DNA from: Octopus vulgaris | Lineage: Eukaryota | NCBI GenBank assembly: GCA_951406725.2 | Contig: OX597817.1 | Coordinates: 34,968,001 to 35,032,000 of the forward strand | Reading direction: 5' to 3' | DNA length: 64,000 bases | In this document: piece after piece, positions 40,401 to 53,186 of the stretch | Numbering within the stretch: position 1 is the first letter of the stretch | How the letters are laid out: every line of letters begins with the position of its first letter | Position numbers and translations under genes: made by a program | The notes under the pieces: generated by a model | What the model was told of the DNA's origin: nothing | Databases searched by the model: none | The model's input: the letters and a program-made list of their open reading frames with translations, nothing else

Positions 40401-42118
40401 ACTTTCGCATATTTGTTAGCCCTAAATCTTCAGATTATTCTCATTAATCTTTGTACATTCAACAGTGAAATAACAAGTGGTAATATCAATATAGGAAGTT
40501 GAGATTCAAGAATTTATAATTTTTACTCAATTCTAGAGTATTTAGAGGTTAAAGTATCAGAAATGATAGAAAGACATTTCATATATAAAAAAAATACTGA
40601 GGAGACAAACAGCAAATTGAACTTCTCTGAAGAAATAAGCTTGATTAAATTCCATATGGAATTACAGGTGGCCAAGTTGAAAATGTATTGAAGACAATCA
40701 TCATTAGTGATGTATCGTATCTGTTGCCATTACACTTATTTTGGTGTCTTGGTTCTTCTTGCTGCATATAAACACCAATATACAGTTCTCAAATGTGAGC
40801 AGTAAAGACACTATGTAATCATCAAAGTTTTTGACAAATATTTTTTATTATGAACTTGGCTTGCCTTATTCATTTTTCAATAGCTGATGCTTTCCGGAAT
40901 TTAATATCTGAATCCAACTTCAAATTAATGTCATTTATTACTCCTTGCTATTTATATTGTTCCTCTTATCACTCATTTACTGTTTCTTTCTGAGCTGTGT
41001 GTTAAACATCATCTTGAGTCTTTTATTCCAAGAATCATTGCCCTATAAGTTTTTACCCCATTCTAATTCTCACATAACAAAAATCATTGGTCTTTTCATC
41101 ATTCACACCAATCTTATCCACCCATTGTTTTCCTTTCATTTGAAAAAGCTCTTGCAGTCTATAGGCAATACTCTTTCTCATTTATACATAATAAACTACT
41201 GTGATATGGTTTAGAGTTGCATACTAATTGTTAAATGAATCTAGCTTTAGTTGAAAGAGTTGGTTATTTGATAATATAGGTTCAATGTACTTGGAAATAA
41301 TTGTATTTACATCTGATTTGAGTCTAGATTTTGCTGTAGTAGGAACTGGAGTACATTGAAAGAATAGTGATTACAGAAGGGCTGTCAGACAAAAATAAGT
41401 GAAGTCTGACTTGAAAAGGTCATTGATGAAATATTGAAAGACAGACAGTTATGTGAACTGACCTTTTTGGTGCCCTAGAAATTTAGGGAATGCTATTTTG
41501 TGAGGCTCCCACAGATGAAGGAAAAGTAGTCAAAAAGCCTTGGTAGAATATATTCTTTATGTTGGTGCATTTATCAAATGACAACTCAGTAGTTCAATTT
41601 TAGATATTAAAAAAATCAAAAACAAATTTATTTTCAATATTAAAAAAGCAAAATAGTGAAAGCATCTTTGTTTTAAGTTTCTTATGTACAAATTCTGTTT
41701 CTTTTTTATTAGCTGCTGTATACTCTTTTGAATACTTTCCAAATATTTTATTGTAAAAAAGAAAACAATACATGTTTTATAGTATAGTGAAGTAACAGAA
41801 AAAGTCTGTTTCAAAGGAAGATCTTTCTCTTATATAAGAAAGACAATGATAAATCTTCAGAAAAACACAACTTTGTCTTAATATGCATAAGCTTTACTTT
41901 CTATATATCTTTCTTTCTTTCGTCAGACCCACTGTCATTCCTCATATACTTATATTATAAAATGTGATATGTTTTATAGTGTGTTTCAACAGTGAAATGG
42001 GATAATCTCTGTCATTTTTTTTTTTTCAGTTTATTGCAAATTTTTGTTTTGTTGATATACATTAGCCTGCTAACCTTGTTCAGTCGTTTAATTTTTCTCC
42101 TGCTCCATGTTATTGTAG

Positions 42119-42239
42119 ACTGGGTGATCTTCTCTGCTGTGAAACCTGCCCTGCTGTATACCATTTAAGCTGTGTTGACCCACCTCTTCAAGAAGTTCCT
42201 GAGGATGATTGGTTATGCAGTGTATGCAAATCTCATCAA
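42119..42239 (+). CDS. BPTF: BPTF exon 2: remainder of PHD finger 1
   Basis: tattgtag|A CTG GGT... gives (K)LGDLLCCETCPAVYHLSCVDPPLQEVPEDDWLCSVCKSHQ; ends CAA|gttagt. Completes the C4HC3 pattern begun in exon 1. Confidence 0.96.
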
Positions 42240-42931
42240 GTTAGTGATACACTTTTTTTTAAAATTTTATATATCTAAAATTATAATGGAACCAAGTTAT
42301 TAGTTTCTTATAATTTTCTTTTATAGCCATTTAATAAAAAAAAAAATCACAGCGTTCATTTGTTAATATTCAGTTATTGATACTCTAGAATTCTAGTTTT
42401 ATTTTTTATTTTTTTTACAATCTTTTAATTTAATTCCGATTAGAATCTTCCATAGTTTTATTTTCACCTCTTCCTTAATTTAATATTGACCATATGTTTC
42501 TATTAATTATTTTAAAAAAATTTTAAACTAAAGTAGTTGTCAACATTTCCAAATTAAAATTATTATTAGTGTTTATGAAATATAAGTCTTATTGTTGTAA
42601 AAAGCACCCACTACACTCTCAGAGTGGTTGGCATTAGGAATGGCATTCAGCTGTAGAAACAGCTGCCCGAGTATTTTTATGACCAAAGCCATTTCTACTG
42701 TGACCAACTCGTCTTTTTCAGTCACAGTGTATCTAGGACCACATGATTTAATATATGCTTCCTTTTTAAGACTAGGGTAAGATTGGAGGGAAACTTAACT
42801 ACTGTTTCTAACATGTCATCATATCCACTGTAACTTTCAAGGAGGGTATGACTCATGAAAGAGTGGTAGAAACTGGATGTTTTTATTTAGTGTAGCAGTT
42901 GTCAGTGTACCTCAGCACATTGTTGCATTAA

Positions 42932-43151
42932 CCCTTTAGCATTTAAACCGGCTATATCCGGCCCAAATATTCCACCCATTTTATGTTCAGACCAGCCAGA
43001 TCTGACCTCTCACATGTACCCTAAAATGTCATTCTAAAAACAATCAATCACATCATTGAAATCTCGAAGCTATGAGATAAGCCATGATTAAATCAAAACA
43101 ATGTGAATAATTAAGCATTACTTTTGACAGAATAATCTGAATACTAATGGG
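42932..43151. mobile_element. piggyBac-type MITE (220 bp)
   Basis: TTAA TSD at 42928-42931 and 43152-43155; TIRs ccctttagcatt and aatactaatggg. A reverse-oriented relative starts at 35931. Confidence 0.85.
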
Positions 43152-43808
43152 TTAAGTGAAATTGAGGTACATTACACTGAACATTTTTGAAAATATAATT
43201 TAAGGCTTTAGAAAACCTTCTCTGTTTTAAAAAACATGTTATTTAAATTTTTTTGTTTCTAAACAATTTTCTATTAAGTTTTCATGTGAAGTGTGCCATT
43301 AATTTTCTATTTTGTCTCCAAAGTGCTTCTAAATTACAAAAAAAAAAAGGGAGGTTCGAGAACAAATGATTTAGTGTGATACCATATGAATTATATTGAA
43401 TACCAATTATTGTTAGAAGCCTATAAGTACCTTGAGTACAATTTTCTTTTTTTAAATTTTGTAATAAGCTGATATAAATTCTTGTTTAGAAACAGAAATG
43501 GATTAGAGAATGACATGCAATTATTTTTATGTGAAAAAGTTTGCAATTTGCAAATTTATTTCAAAAGGGTGCTTCCAATATCTCATTTAGAAGTCATGAA
43601 GTCAATATGACTGTCAGCTCATAGATTCTCTCTCTCTCACACACACACATGTATATATAGGTGCTACATTGTCTTAAGACAAATCCTGCTAGACTTTTCA
43701 ATATCGATCTCAGTTGATCATACATTCTTTCTTTAAAACTATCCTTGCTTTTGGTCAACAGATGTCAATTGTGGTTATTATTTATTATCTAATTTTCTCC
43801 TTTTTTAG

Positions 43809-43930
43809 GTGAAAGGGCTGACTGATTGCCTCTCTGAATCAGAACGCAGTGGCTTACTATGTCGACATGAACCTATTGGTTATGATAGGCATGGGCGAAA
43901 TTATTGGTTCCTAATTCGTAGAATGGTTGT
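43809..43930 (+). CDS. BPTF: BPTF exon 3 (WHIM2-type motif)
   Basis: ttttttag|GTG AAA... VKGLTDCLSESERSGLLCRHEPIGYDRHGRNYWFLIRRMV; ends GT|gtaagt (phase 2). Confidence 0.95.
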
Positions 43931-44377
43931 GTAAGTTACAGTTTAAAATATTTTTTTTAGAAATTTTCACATAATTCTTTAAAACTATGACTGGTGCCTA
44001 GAATAGAATTTGCTTGTTTAAATTCTCATTCTAAAGTTTCTATATCCCAATCAATAGATTTTCTTTCTCTTTAAGGCATGACAAAGCCTCAAGTGTGTGT
44101 GTGTGTATAAAATAATTGCACCAGTTGTATTACTGGTATGTTTATGTTTTCTATAATTAAGTGACCTTCAAAATAAATTTGTCATATGTTGTATGAAATT
44201 ATTCACTGACTAAAATGTATTTGGTTTGCAAATTGAGAACATTAAATAATTTTTAAAGCATTAAATATACATGCATAAATGTCTCTCTTGATTTTTTAGT
44301 CTGGTGTTAGGTATTTCAGCTTTCATTTTTTTGTTCTTTCTGAAATGAGATTACTAAGCAATGATTTTTATTAACAG

Positions 44378-44583
44378 TGAGAAAGACAGTCAGTCCTGGT
44401 ATTATAGCACAAAGGCTGAACTAGAGGAATTAATTGACTGCCTTGACAGAAACGAGTTTGAAGCAGAGCTAGTTATGGCTCTTGAAGATATGAAGGAAGA
44501 AATCCTAAAACAGATGAATTTGACTGAAGATCTCACCAATTCTGCGAAAGGAAGCAAAAAATCTGTTTTAGAAATTGAAAATG
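44378..44583 (+). CDS. BPTF: BPTF exon 4
   Basis: ttaacag|T GAG... EKDSQSWYYSTKAELEELIDCLD...MNLTEDLTNSAKGSKKS matches the BPTF WYYST motif; ends G|gtatta (phase 1). Confidence 0.94.
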
Positions 44584-44639
44584 GTATTATTATTATCTTT
44601 TATCTTTTACTTCTTTCAGTCATTAGACCGTGGTCATGC

Positions 44640-44960
44640 TGGGGCACCACCTTGAAAAATTTAAGTTAAACGAATTGACCCTAGTACATGTATTTTGTTT
44701 TAAGCCGGGTACATATTCTATCGGTCTCTTTTGTCAGACTGCTAAGTTACAGGGACATACACACAAACACAGGTTGTTGAAGTGGTGGGGGACAAACTCA
44801 CACACACGCATAATAGGCTTCTTTCAGTTTCCATCTCCCAAATCCTCTCTCAAGGCTTTGGTCAGCCAGAGACTATAGTAGCAGGCACTTGCCCAAAGTG
44901 CCACACAGTGGGACTGAACCTGGAACCATGTGGTTGCAAAGCACACACAACCACGCTTGC
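44640..44960 (-). mobile_element. CORE-like SINE
   Basis: Reverse complement: ccacatggttccaggttcagtcccactgtgtggcactttgggcaagtgcc. Similar copies near 30905, 32120, 51200 and 59985. Confidence 0.7.
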
Positions 44961-45380
44961 ACTTATAATGTTATTTTTTGCTGTTATATGGCATTAATGT
45001 TTTAACCATACTTTCTGTCAGACCACAACTCAGGATCAAGGAACAGAAGTATTTTTATCCTTTTTCCTATTAAGTTTCCTCCATGACATTCTTATATGTC
45101 CTTACTTCCTTGATAATTCTTGCTGATCCAAGTAAGCTAGTTTCCTGCACTGCATTCACTCCCAGATTAAGATCTAGTTTTACAAGATTTCCTCTTAAAT
45201 TCTTTGCCATAGTTCTCAAAGCCCCAAAGATAATTAGCTGAGTCACAACCTTGTCAATTTTTTTATTCTAATATTTAAGAATTTCCTACATGAAGTCAGT
45301 ATAATACTCTACTTTTTGTTTTTTTGTTGACCCTGATGTCAAATGGATAAACCATATCATGTGAGTGCATTTTGTCAATA

Positions 45381-45413
<33 letters not shown>

Positions 45414-45436
45414 CATTATTATTATTATTATTAGTT

Positions 45437-45960
45437 AAGGTAGTGAGCTGGCAGAATTGTTAGCATGCTGGACAAAATGCTTGGCAGTATTTTGCCCGTC
45501 ACTACATTCTGAGTTCAAATTCCTGTTGAGGTCAACTTAGCCTTTCATTCTCTCAGGGTTGATAAATTGTCATTGAAACACTAGGGGATTGATGTAATCA
45601 AGTAGTCTCTTCTCCCAAATTTAGTAGAAAGGATTATTAGGGCTGTAGATTGGCAGGATTGGTATAGTGTTGGAAAAAATGCTTGAACATATTTGTTTTG
45701 ATTCTTAGCATTCTGAGTTCAAATTGTGCTGATGCCAACTTTGTTTTTATTGTTTTGGAATCGATAAAATAAAGTACCAGTCACATACTGAGGGTGATAT
45801 AATTGACTGTTACCCTCCTCTAAATTTCTGACCTTGTGCTTGTATAAACAGTTACTAAAGTTAGTGGATTGGCAGAATGGTTAGAGCATAATAATGCCTT
45901 GCAGTTTTCCTTGTGGTTCTTTACATTCTGGGTGCAGATCCTGCCATGGTCAAGTTTACC
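45437..45960 (+). mobile_element. Head-to-tail array of three Nin/Deu-type SINEs following an (ATT)n tract
   Basis: Three successive heads (ggcagaattgttag, ggcaggattggtatag, ggcagaatggttag), each with a ttctg.gt.ca.at B-box region. Confidence 0.75.
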
Positions 45961-46109
45961 TTAGAGCTATACAGCTAATTATGAATTAAATAATATTAGT
46001 TTCGATTCATAAACCTTGATATAGCTTACATTTGTTTTTGTCTTTAATTATTATGTCAGTATATGCATTAGCTTTTGAATACTCACTGTTTCATTTGTTT
46101 GTCATTTAG

Positions 46110-46297
46110 CAACTTGTTTGAAAATACAAGCTGAAAGAATAGCTAAAAGAGTTCAAGAAGAAGCTGAAAGGAAAGCTCGAGAAGAGGAAGAAATAAGGAG
46201 AAGAGAAGAGGAAAAGCAGCGTCAAGAAAGTGGTGGTGACTCTCAGGAAAATTCACAACAAATAGTGAATTCACAGATGCCGTCTTTTGCTCAAGAG
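46110..46297 (+). CDS. BPTF: BPTF exon 5 (charged coiled-coil-like segment)
   Basis: catttag|CA ACT TGT... KIQAERIAKRVQEEAERKAREEEE...FAQE|gtacca. Phase 1 in and phase 0 out fits the neighbouring exons. Confidence 0.85.
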
Positions 46298-47529
46298 GTA
46301 CCAAAACCATGTTCAGAATTTCATATTTTTAAAACTTTTTTATTCTATAAAATTTGTTAGATGAAATAGCAATCATTGTGTATATAACTCAAGTTATGCT
46401 CAGACCAAGAACTGCTCCAAATTCTTGCAGGAGAGCAAACTCTGCTAAAGGCATCCTTGACTGGATGATGGTGTTGGCAAGGATGTTGGATTAAGTCTAT
46501 TACCCTTAAGTATTTCTTTACTTCTTTCAAGTTGGCAGAAATGTTCAGCTCAACATTCTGAATGCAAATGCAGCAGAGATTGACTTAGCTTCCATCTGCC
46601 TAGAACCAATAAACTATGTACCAGTAATATATTGAGTTTGATCCAACTGGTTTGTGATTGTTGAAAAGAAATCAAAATTTCTTTACTTCTTTCAGTGGTG
46701 ACCATCAAAACGTTCAGTTTAAAATTTCCTTCCAATGAAGTATTAAAAATTGCTTTTAAAGCTTAGCCCTATGATGAAGAACCAGTCCTATGGTCTTTTT
46801 TCAGGGCCTTGGAGACTGATGAGGGTAAAGTGGAGCCACAGACACTACTCTTTATGGGAAACCTAGTTTGAATGCATGCTTGTAACAGAGAGGACTCTGA
46901 TGAAGGTATCCAAGAATCAGTTGGTGGTGTGAAACTGATCAATGGATTGTCTACCACTGAAGAGTAGGAATAGTCTGTCTGACAGGTTTCCACATATAGT
47001 ATTCATTTATCCAATTTCACTTACAAGGCTATAATTGAAGACTGTTGTTTAAAGGATTCTTTGTATGCTTTTTTACACCTTCAGGAAAAGTATGAACAGA
47101 ATACTTTCATTTCTGTCTTTTGTAAATCCGGGACTAGGGAATAAATCAGTATTTCTTGATCTTTTTCACTGATAGCTATACATGTGATATAAAGATGTTT
47201 GATTGCTTATGGTTCACTCTGGATTGGCATTAATTAGTTTTCCTTAAGTATTTTGGGATCATTTTTCTAATCAAGTTACTTCAAACATGTGTTCCTATTA
47301 ATTGTTAAAATAATCAAGAATTTGAAAGGATTTAGTTAAAGTAACATTTTCATTAATTAATATATTTTATTTACCTAAAATTATGATGAAAAGTTTTAAT
47401 TTAAGTATGAACATTAAAAACCCAGGCAGTTTTATATACAGACCCAGTGATGGGTTCATATCAAAAAGGTTAATAAATTATAATAAAACCTTAAAAATTG
47501 AAGGGTTACTTGTATTTGTCTAATTTCAG

Positions 47530-47782
47530 AATTCTATAATATCTGGCCATGGTAACAACTCCACCGAAGCCTGCACTTCATCTACATTTACCGTTCCTAC
47601 AAGTACAGTGGATGGGCTCTCAACAAATTCATTAGCACCAACTCAACCCAAAGAGAGTGAACCAGTCACTTCTTCTGGTACTTTAATATCCTCTAATTCC
47701 CTAAGTGGCTCAATGGCTCCTCCAAAACCTGTAGACTCTATTGATGACGAGGATAAGAAGCAAGCAGAAAAATCAGAAACGG
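47530..47782 (+). CDS. BPTF: BPTF exon 6 (Ser/Thr-rich linker)
   Basis: aatttcag|AAT TCT... open for 84 codons to EKSET G|gtaata. Phase 0 in and phase 1 out is required to join exons 5 and 7. Confidence 0.82.
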
Positions 47783-48024
47783 GTAATATTTTGTTTGAAG
47801 ATACTTATAACTTAATACTTAACACTGTCTCCTGCATTTCAGTTTGAGACCTCTCTGTCTGGAAATTCAGAAAGCTGTGAAATTTTAATGTTTCTTTTCA
47901 TATTCTTAGTCAAATTTTTTAAAAATGTTAACTATTTCAAATTTCTTTAAATATATTATTCTGTTTCACACACACACACACACACACGCAGATATATATA
48001 CATACATGTATATATCATCATTGT

Positions 48025-48442
48025 CATCATCATCATCATTTCGTCGTTTAATATCTGTTGTCCATGCTGGCATGAGTTGGATGGTTGACAGAGGTTGTGA
48101 AGATCCCTGAATCTTGTTGAGGACATAACACCTCTCTAGTGCTGGTTGTATAAAAAAGCCCTAGTACATTCTTTAAAGTGGTTGGTGTTAGAAAGGGCAT
48201 CCAGCCATAGAAACCAAAGTGAAATGCAAGCAGGATAAGGACCCTGTTACCCATCCAGGTGAGCAGACCCTTGCAACCTAGCATGGAGTACAGTTGTAAA
48301 ATAATTATCATTATTATCAAATTCCGCCAAGGTCAACTTTATCTTTCATCCTTTCGGAGTTGATAAATTAAATACCAGTTAAACATTAGGATTGATATAA
48401 CCAACTAGTTCTCTCCTCCAAAATTTCAGGCCTTTAGTAGAA

Positions 48443-48474
<32 letters not shown>

Positions 48475-48930
48475 TACTACTACTAATACTACTGCTACTA
48501 TTATTATCATTATCATTATCATTATTTTTAATAATAAAAATAATAATAAACTAGCAATCCAGGCAGAATACTTAGCATTTTATCTGTTTTTATGTTCTGA
48601 GTTCAAATTCCGCTGAGGTCGACTTTGCCTTTCATCCTTTCAGAGTTGATGAAGTTGGCACTAGTCAAATATTAGGGTTGATGTAATCGACTTATCCCTT
48701 CCCCCAAAGTTGCTGGCCTTGTGCCTGTAGTAGAAAGGATTATTATTATTTATTTATAAAGACAACAACCTGGCAGAATTGTTAGCATGCTGGACCAAAT
48801 GCTGCTGAGATTGACTTTACCTTTTAGCCTTTTGGGGTTGATAAAATAAGTACCAGTTGAGCACTGGGATGATGTAATTGCTACCCACCCCACCAAAAAT
48901 AATTTCAGGCCTTGCTCCAATAGTAGAAAG
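48025..48930. mobile_element. RTE-type tail (-, about 48025-48300) followed by three head-to-tail Nin/Deu-type SINEs (+) separated by (ATT)n
   Basis: Repeated ctttcatcctttc.gagttgat and tagtagaaa + attatt tails. Confidence 0.75.
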
Positions 48931-49039
48931 CAACATCTTCGTTATTCCTTTTTTTTTTTTATTATAATTAATACTACTGTCATGCAATAAAAAAATTGTG
49001 ATTATTTAAATTATTACCGTTCTGTTGTTCTTCTTTCAG

Positions 49040-49243
49040 AAACTAGAAGAATTGTAACTCGTTCTAAAACAGGGTCATTAACGCCCAAGCAGTTTAATGA
49101 TTCTATCACTAGTGGTTCTTTAAAGATTAGCCGCACTCCCAACTCAGATGATGTCCTGCTAATTAATAAAGAAGGAGAAGTTACCAGGGTTACACGCAGC
49201 AAATCTAGTGCTGTAAACTCTTGTTCAGGATACTTTAAATTAG
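49040..49243 (+). CDS. BPTF: BPTF exon 7
   Basis: ctttcag|AA ACT AGA... TRRIVTRSKTGSLTPKQF...GYFKL G|gtaaac; ends in the conserved YFKLG motif. Confidence 0.92.
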
Positions 49244-49546
49244 GTAAACTCTTTTTTAATGAATTTTTCTGATTTAAGTATTTTAGAATTCTGCATTTGC
49301 TTTTTTTTTTTTAAAGTTGTAAATCTTGTAAATTTGTTTTCAGTTAATTAATTATTATTTTTTTTATTTGTAAATTCTCTAAATGCTATTCTATATCAGT
49401 CTGTCTTAAGTAATCTGATTGCACATAAATTCACAGCTACCATAAATGTAACATCGTGTACATCCTGATGTTCTAGAAACAGTTTTATAGTTCTGCTGTG
49501 GCATAGAATCCTCATCATCTGAAATTTTATTCTGTTTTACTTGCAG

Positions 49547-49930
49547 GAATGGAAAACAATTACAAGTCATTTATTAATCAATATAGTAGTAATGCATTAG
49601 CTTTAAATAAGCATCAGCATAATGAGGAGAGAGATAAAAAACGGTTTTTGTCACATAAGTTTAGTCTTACTCCTGTGAGTGAGTTTAAATGGAATGGTAG
49701 TCTTTATGGCAACCGTATACTGACTATTTCCACACTTAGGCTAAGTATCACACAATTGGAAAGCAATCTACCCACACCATTCCTGCATCCTAATTGGGCA
49801 ATACATCGCCAAAACTGGCAAAAAGCGGTACATATGTGTCAAAATCCACAAGACTTCGCATTGGCACTAGCAATTCTTGAGGCTTGTATCAAGCCAGTGC
49901 TCTTTAACCCTGTCTGGACTGAATCTCTTG
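49547..49930 (+). CDS. BPTF: BPTF exon 8
   Basis: ttgcag|GA ATG... NQYSSNALALNKHQH...LSHKFSLT...FLHPNW...DFALALAILEACIKPV...WTESL G|gtgagt, a highly conserved BPTF block. Confidence 0.96.
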
Positions 49931-50429
49931 GTGAGTAATTTATGTTTTTTTTTATTAATAATAATGTTTCTTACAAAAGCACAATTAAATATTTTAAAAA
50001 CTTTGTATTACTGCCCACTAACATTGTCAAAAAAATGTTAGCGATAACACAAATCTGCTTGTATCACTGTAAGACTCTATTGACTTGATTAAAATATTAA
50101 GGGTGTTGAGGGAAGCTGGTTAAAGAAACAAATCTAACAAATGATCACAGCAAATAAATGTTAGCACCAGATAGGAGTAATCACTACAGTGAATTGAAAT
50201 CGAATGAATTATTGAAATTTCCATGCTTCACTTCTCTTGATTAATATTTCCACATTTTCAAGTTCAACTACTGGCTAAATATCTATTTTGTTTTTTATCA
50301 ATTAGTCTAGGAGAGAAGAATATTGCTCCAACTTTTTTAATCTCTTTTATAGTTTGGGTAGGATAAAAGTAAGTTAAGTTAATGTTGGTTTCTTATTGGA
50401 GGGAAAATACAGGCAAGTAGAATGTAGAT

Positions 50430-50910
50430 TTCTCCCTTGGTATTTGATGGAGTCTATTTTCTGTACATTTTTAGTGTTTATTGTACCTGTGCTCCTTCCA
50501 CACACAAAAACTATTTTCCCTGTTAACCTTCCCCTGATAATGTTGCACCTCTTATGTGTCCATAGCTCACACCAGGTACATCTTATGGAGTTTCTACCTA
50601 TGCTTTTTCTACAGATCAAGCAGGGTCATCTACCTGAAGGGATTTGTGATTTGTCCACTTTCCTACTTCTTAAGACTTTGGTTTTTGTTGATTCTAGACC
50701 TTGCTTCGACACCTGAAATTTCTTCTCTAGTTCTTGTAGTGATTCAGCTATAAGAATAAGTACATCAGCACAGAGGAGCTCCCAGAGGCAGCCCATCTTA
50801 AGTTCCTCTGTTATTGCCTGGAGGACTATAATGAACAAGAGGGATCTTAGGATTGTTCCTTAGTGAACTCCTACATGTACCCTGAATTCATTGCTATACT
50901 TGTTGCCAAA
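50430..50910 (-). mobile_element. RTE LINE internal fragment: RT motifs plus embedded PHD-like finger
   Basis: Encodes LFIIVLQAITEE...WELLCADVLILIAES (YADD remnant)...KTKVL...PCLICRKSIGRNSIRCTWCELWTHKRC...FVCGR. Confidence 0.85.
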
Positions 50911-51526
50911 CAGCATCTCTGTAGAAGACCTTCTCGGGAGAAGGATGTATGTACCCCATAGCATAAGTTACTTATTAGTGACTTCAAGCTACTAGCATGG
51001 AGGGTTCCAAGAAGCAAGCCAGTTTGGAAAAGAAATGATTATATGGTTTCAGTTACAGGATGCTGCCATACTGGAGCACTACCTTCACTAAGTAACAAGA
51101 TGTAAAGAGACAGAACATAAATATAAGCATGTACACATACAACCTCCCACCACTACCACAATCATATACACACAAACACAACATGTTTTAGTAGTGTTTG
51201 ATTACCAAATTCCACATACAAGATATTGGTATTGGCCAGCCTGAAGCTTTGTAGAAGACACTTGCCCTTAGTAGAAGACATGTGCAACACCTTGATCTGT
51301 ATGATTGTAAAATGAACTTCTTCACCACTCTGCTATATTTGTGTGTATGTGTGTTGGGGAATTAGTTTATGGTCTTCTTAACATTATTAAGAATTTTTTA
51401 CTTTTATATAATTATATATAAAATATAATTGCTTTCCTAGTTGTTTCCAAACAATGTGCTGCAGTGTACTTTGTGTCCCACAACATGTAGCTAGGTGTTC
51501 CATTGAAAATTGCAAAATTAAGTATT

Positions 51527-51770
51527 CATCATCATCATCATCATCATTTAACGTCCGTTTTCCATGCTAGCATGGGTTGGACGGTTCAACTGGGGTCTGG
51601 CAAGCCAGAAGGCTGCACCAGGCCCAGTCTGATCTGGCAGTGTTTCTACAGCTTGATGCCCTTCCTAACGCCAACCACTCCGAGAGTGTAGTGGGTGCTT
51701 TTTACGTGCCAGACGAGGCTGGCAGACGGCCATGATCGGATGGTGCTTTTTACGTGCCACCAGCACGGAG
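51527..51770 (-). mobile_element. RTE LINE 3-prime end
   Basis: (CAT)n followed by ttaacgtccgttttccatgctagcatggg, the reverse complement of the RTE tail. Confidence 0.85.
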
Positions 51771-52026
51771 ACAAGTATTAAAAAGTGTAAAAAAATATAA
51801 ACTGAAATTCCAAATATAAAGTTTTGATAACTTCATTTATTGAAAAAAAAAGAAGTTATTACTTAATTTTTTAAACAATATTTATATTTAAAGACTAAAA
51901 TATTTAACTACCCTTTTTTTTTCTTAATACAATTATTGACTTTATCTATGCTCCAATATTTTTATTTGTTTTAAAGTTTAGAAAATAATATGTAATCCTA
52001 ACAAAGCCTCATACTTTTCGTTGTAG

Positions 52027-52169
52027 GACATCATCGTTTGCAAAAAATAACTGCAATGGATCGAGAAGAGATGAAGAAAAAAGAAAAAGAACAGCGTAGA
52101 AGAAAAGAAGAGGAAGATGACCCAAGTAGGCTTGTCTGGATTAAATATCCTTTAGGCCTCAAGCATCAA
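52027..52169 (+). CDS. BPTF: BPTF exon 9
   Basis: ttgtag|GA CAT CAT... HHRLQKITAMDREEMKKKEK...WIKYPLGLKHQ|gtaagt. Confidence 0.94.
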
Positions 52170-53186
52170 GTAAGTTTATACAAACTATTTTGTTACTTAC
52201 TAAGATTTGTTTCTGTCATTTCTTAAAATATTAATATTCTTGTTGCTAGGTCTGTTTTTAATTGTATGGTTGATAAGCCCATTCAACTGTCAGTATAAGG
52301 TGGCCAGAATGAAAATAAATCTGTGAAAATTTTGAACTACCCTATTGAAATAAAATCTTACTTTAAGTGTTATATGTCAGATAATGTTGGTTTAAGATGC
52401 TTACACATATGCATTTTTATAACCTGATTAACTCATCCAGCATAGTTAAACTGGTCATTTATTATTTTTTTTTAATCATCTTTTGTGGGCAGTTTACTTG
52501 TAAAGTAATGTTTGAATTTCTTTACTCTCAGATATAGGATCAGTCCTGTGGTATTTGAATTCAAACTCTTGAAGTTCTCTGCATAATATTTGCTGACACG
52601 GACCACCACCAGTTTCCTCATTCTCTTTCTTTTTTTCTTTCACATATAACTTTTCTTGTTGGTCTTTTTTCCATTTTATCTTCTCTTTGATTCTTTATTG
52701 AATGGTGAGCTAATGGACACATTTAGGAGACATAAGACTTATCAGTCTGCTTCATTGTCCTGGTGGATAGCTAGGGAGACATGCTGGAACAGCTACTCCA
52801 ACTCATGGAGCTCCCACTTGCAGATATCCATCCCTGCTTCAATAGCAGTGAGAAGAGATGTAGTTTGGGAGCCAAGAAGGCCAGAGGACTCCTCTGCCAC
52901 AGGTTCAACCACAAATCTGTCAGAGAGTGGTCAATGCCTTATCAGTTTACCCTTCATAGTTTAATGAGCAGTGAATCCTGGGCTCTTTGATTATTTCCTT
53001 GATTCTATATTAAGCTTTATTCTTCAGCTTATTACTCTCTACATTGCCCATTTATAACTTATGGCTCTTCGTGATCGTACTTTTGACTTTTCACTTCATA
53101 AACTTTTAGGCAACCTGCCCCAATGACTACTTATATGTCAATGATTTTATGTGGACTTCAATATTTGTTTTATTGTTTCTGTTCAG

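Noticed and set aside
46790-46975. Exon-like segment after tttttcag, with a CTGATGA...GAAA pair
   Set aside because: There is an in-frame stop within five codons in the required phase, and no stem I or stem II for a hammerhead; probably old repeat debris.
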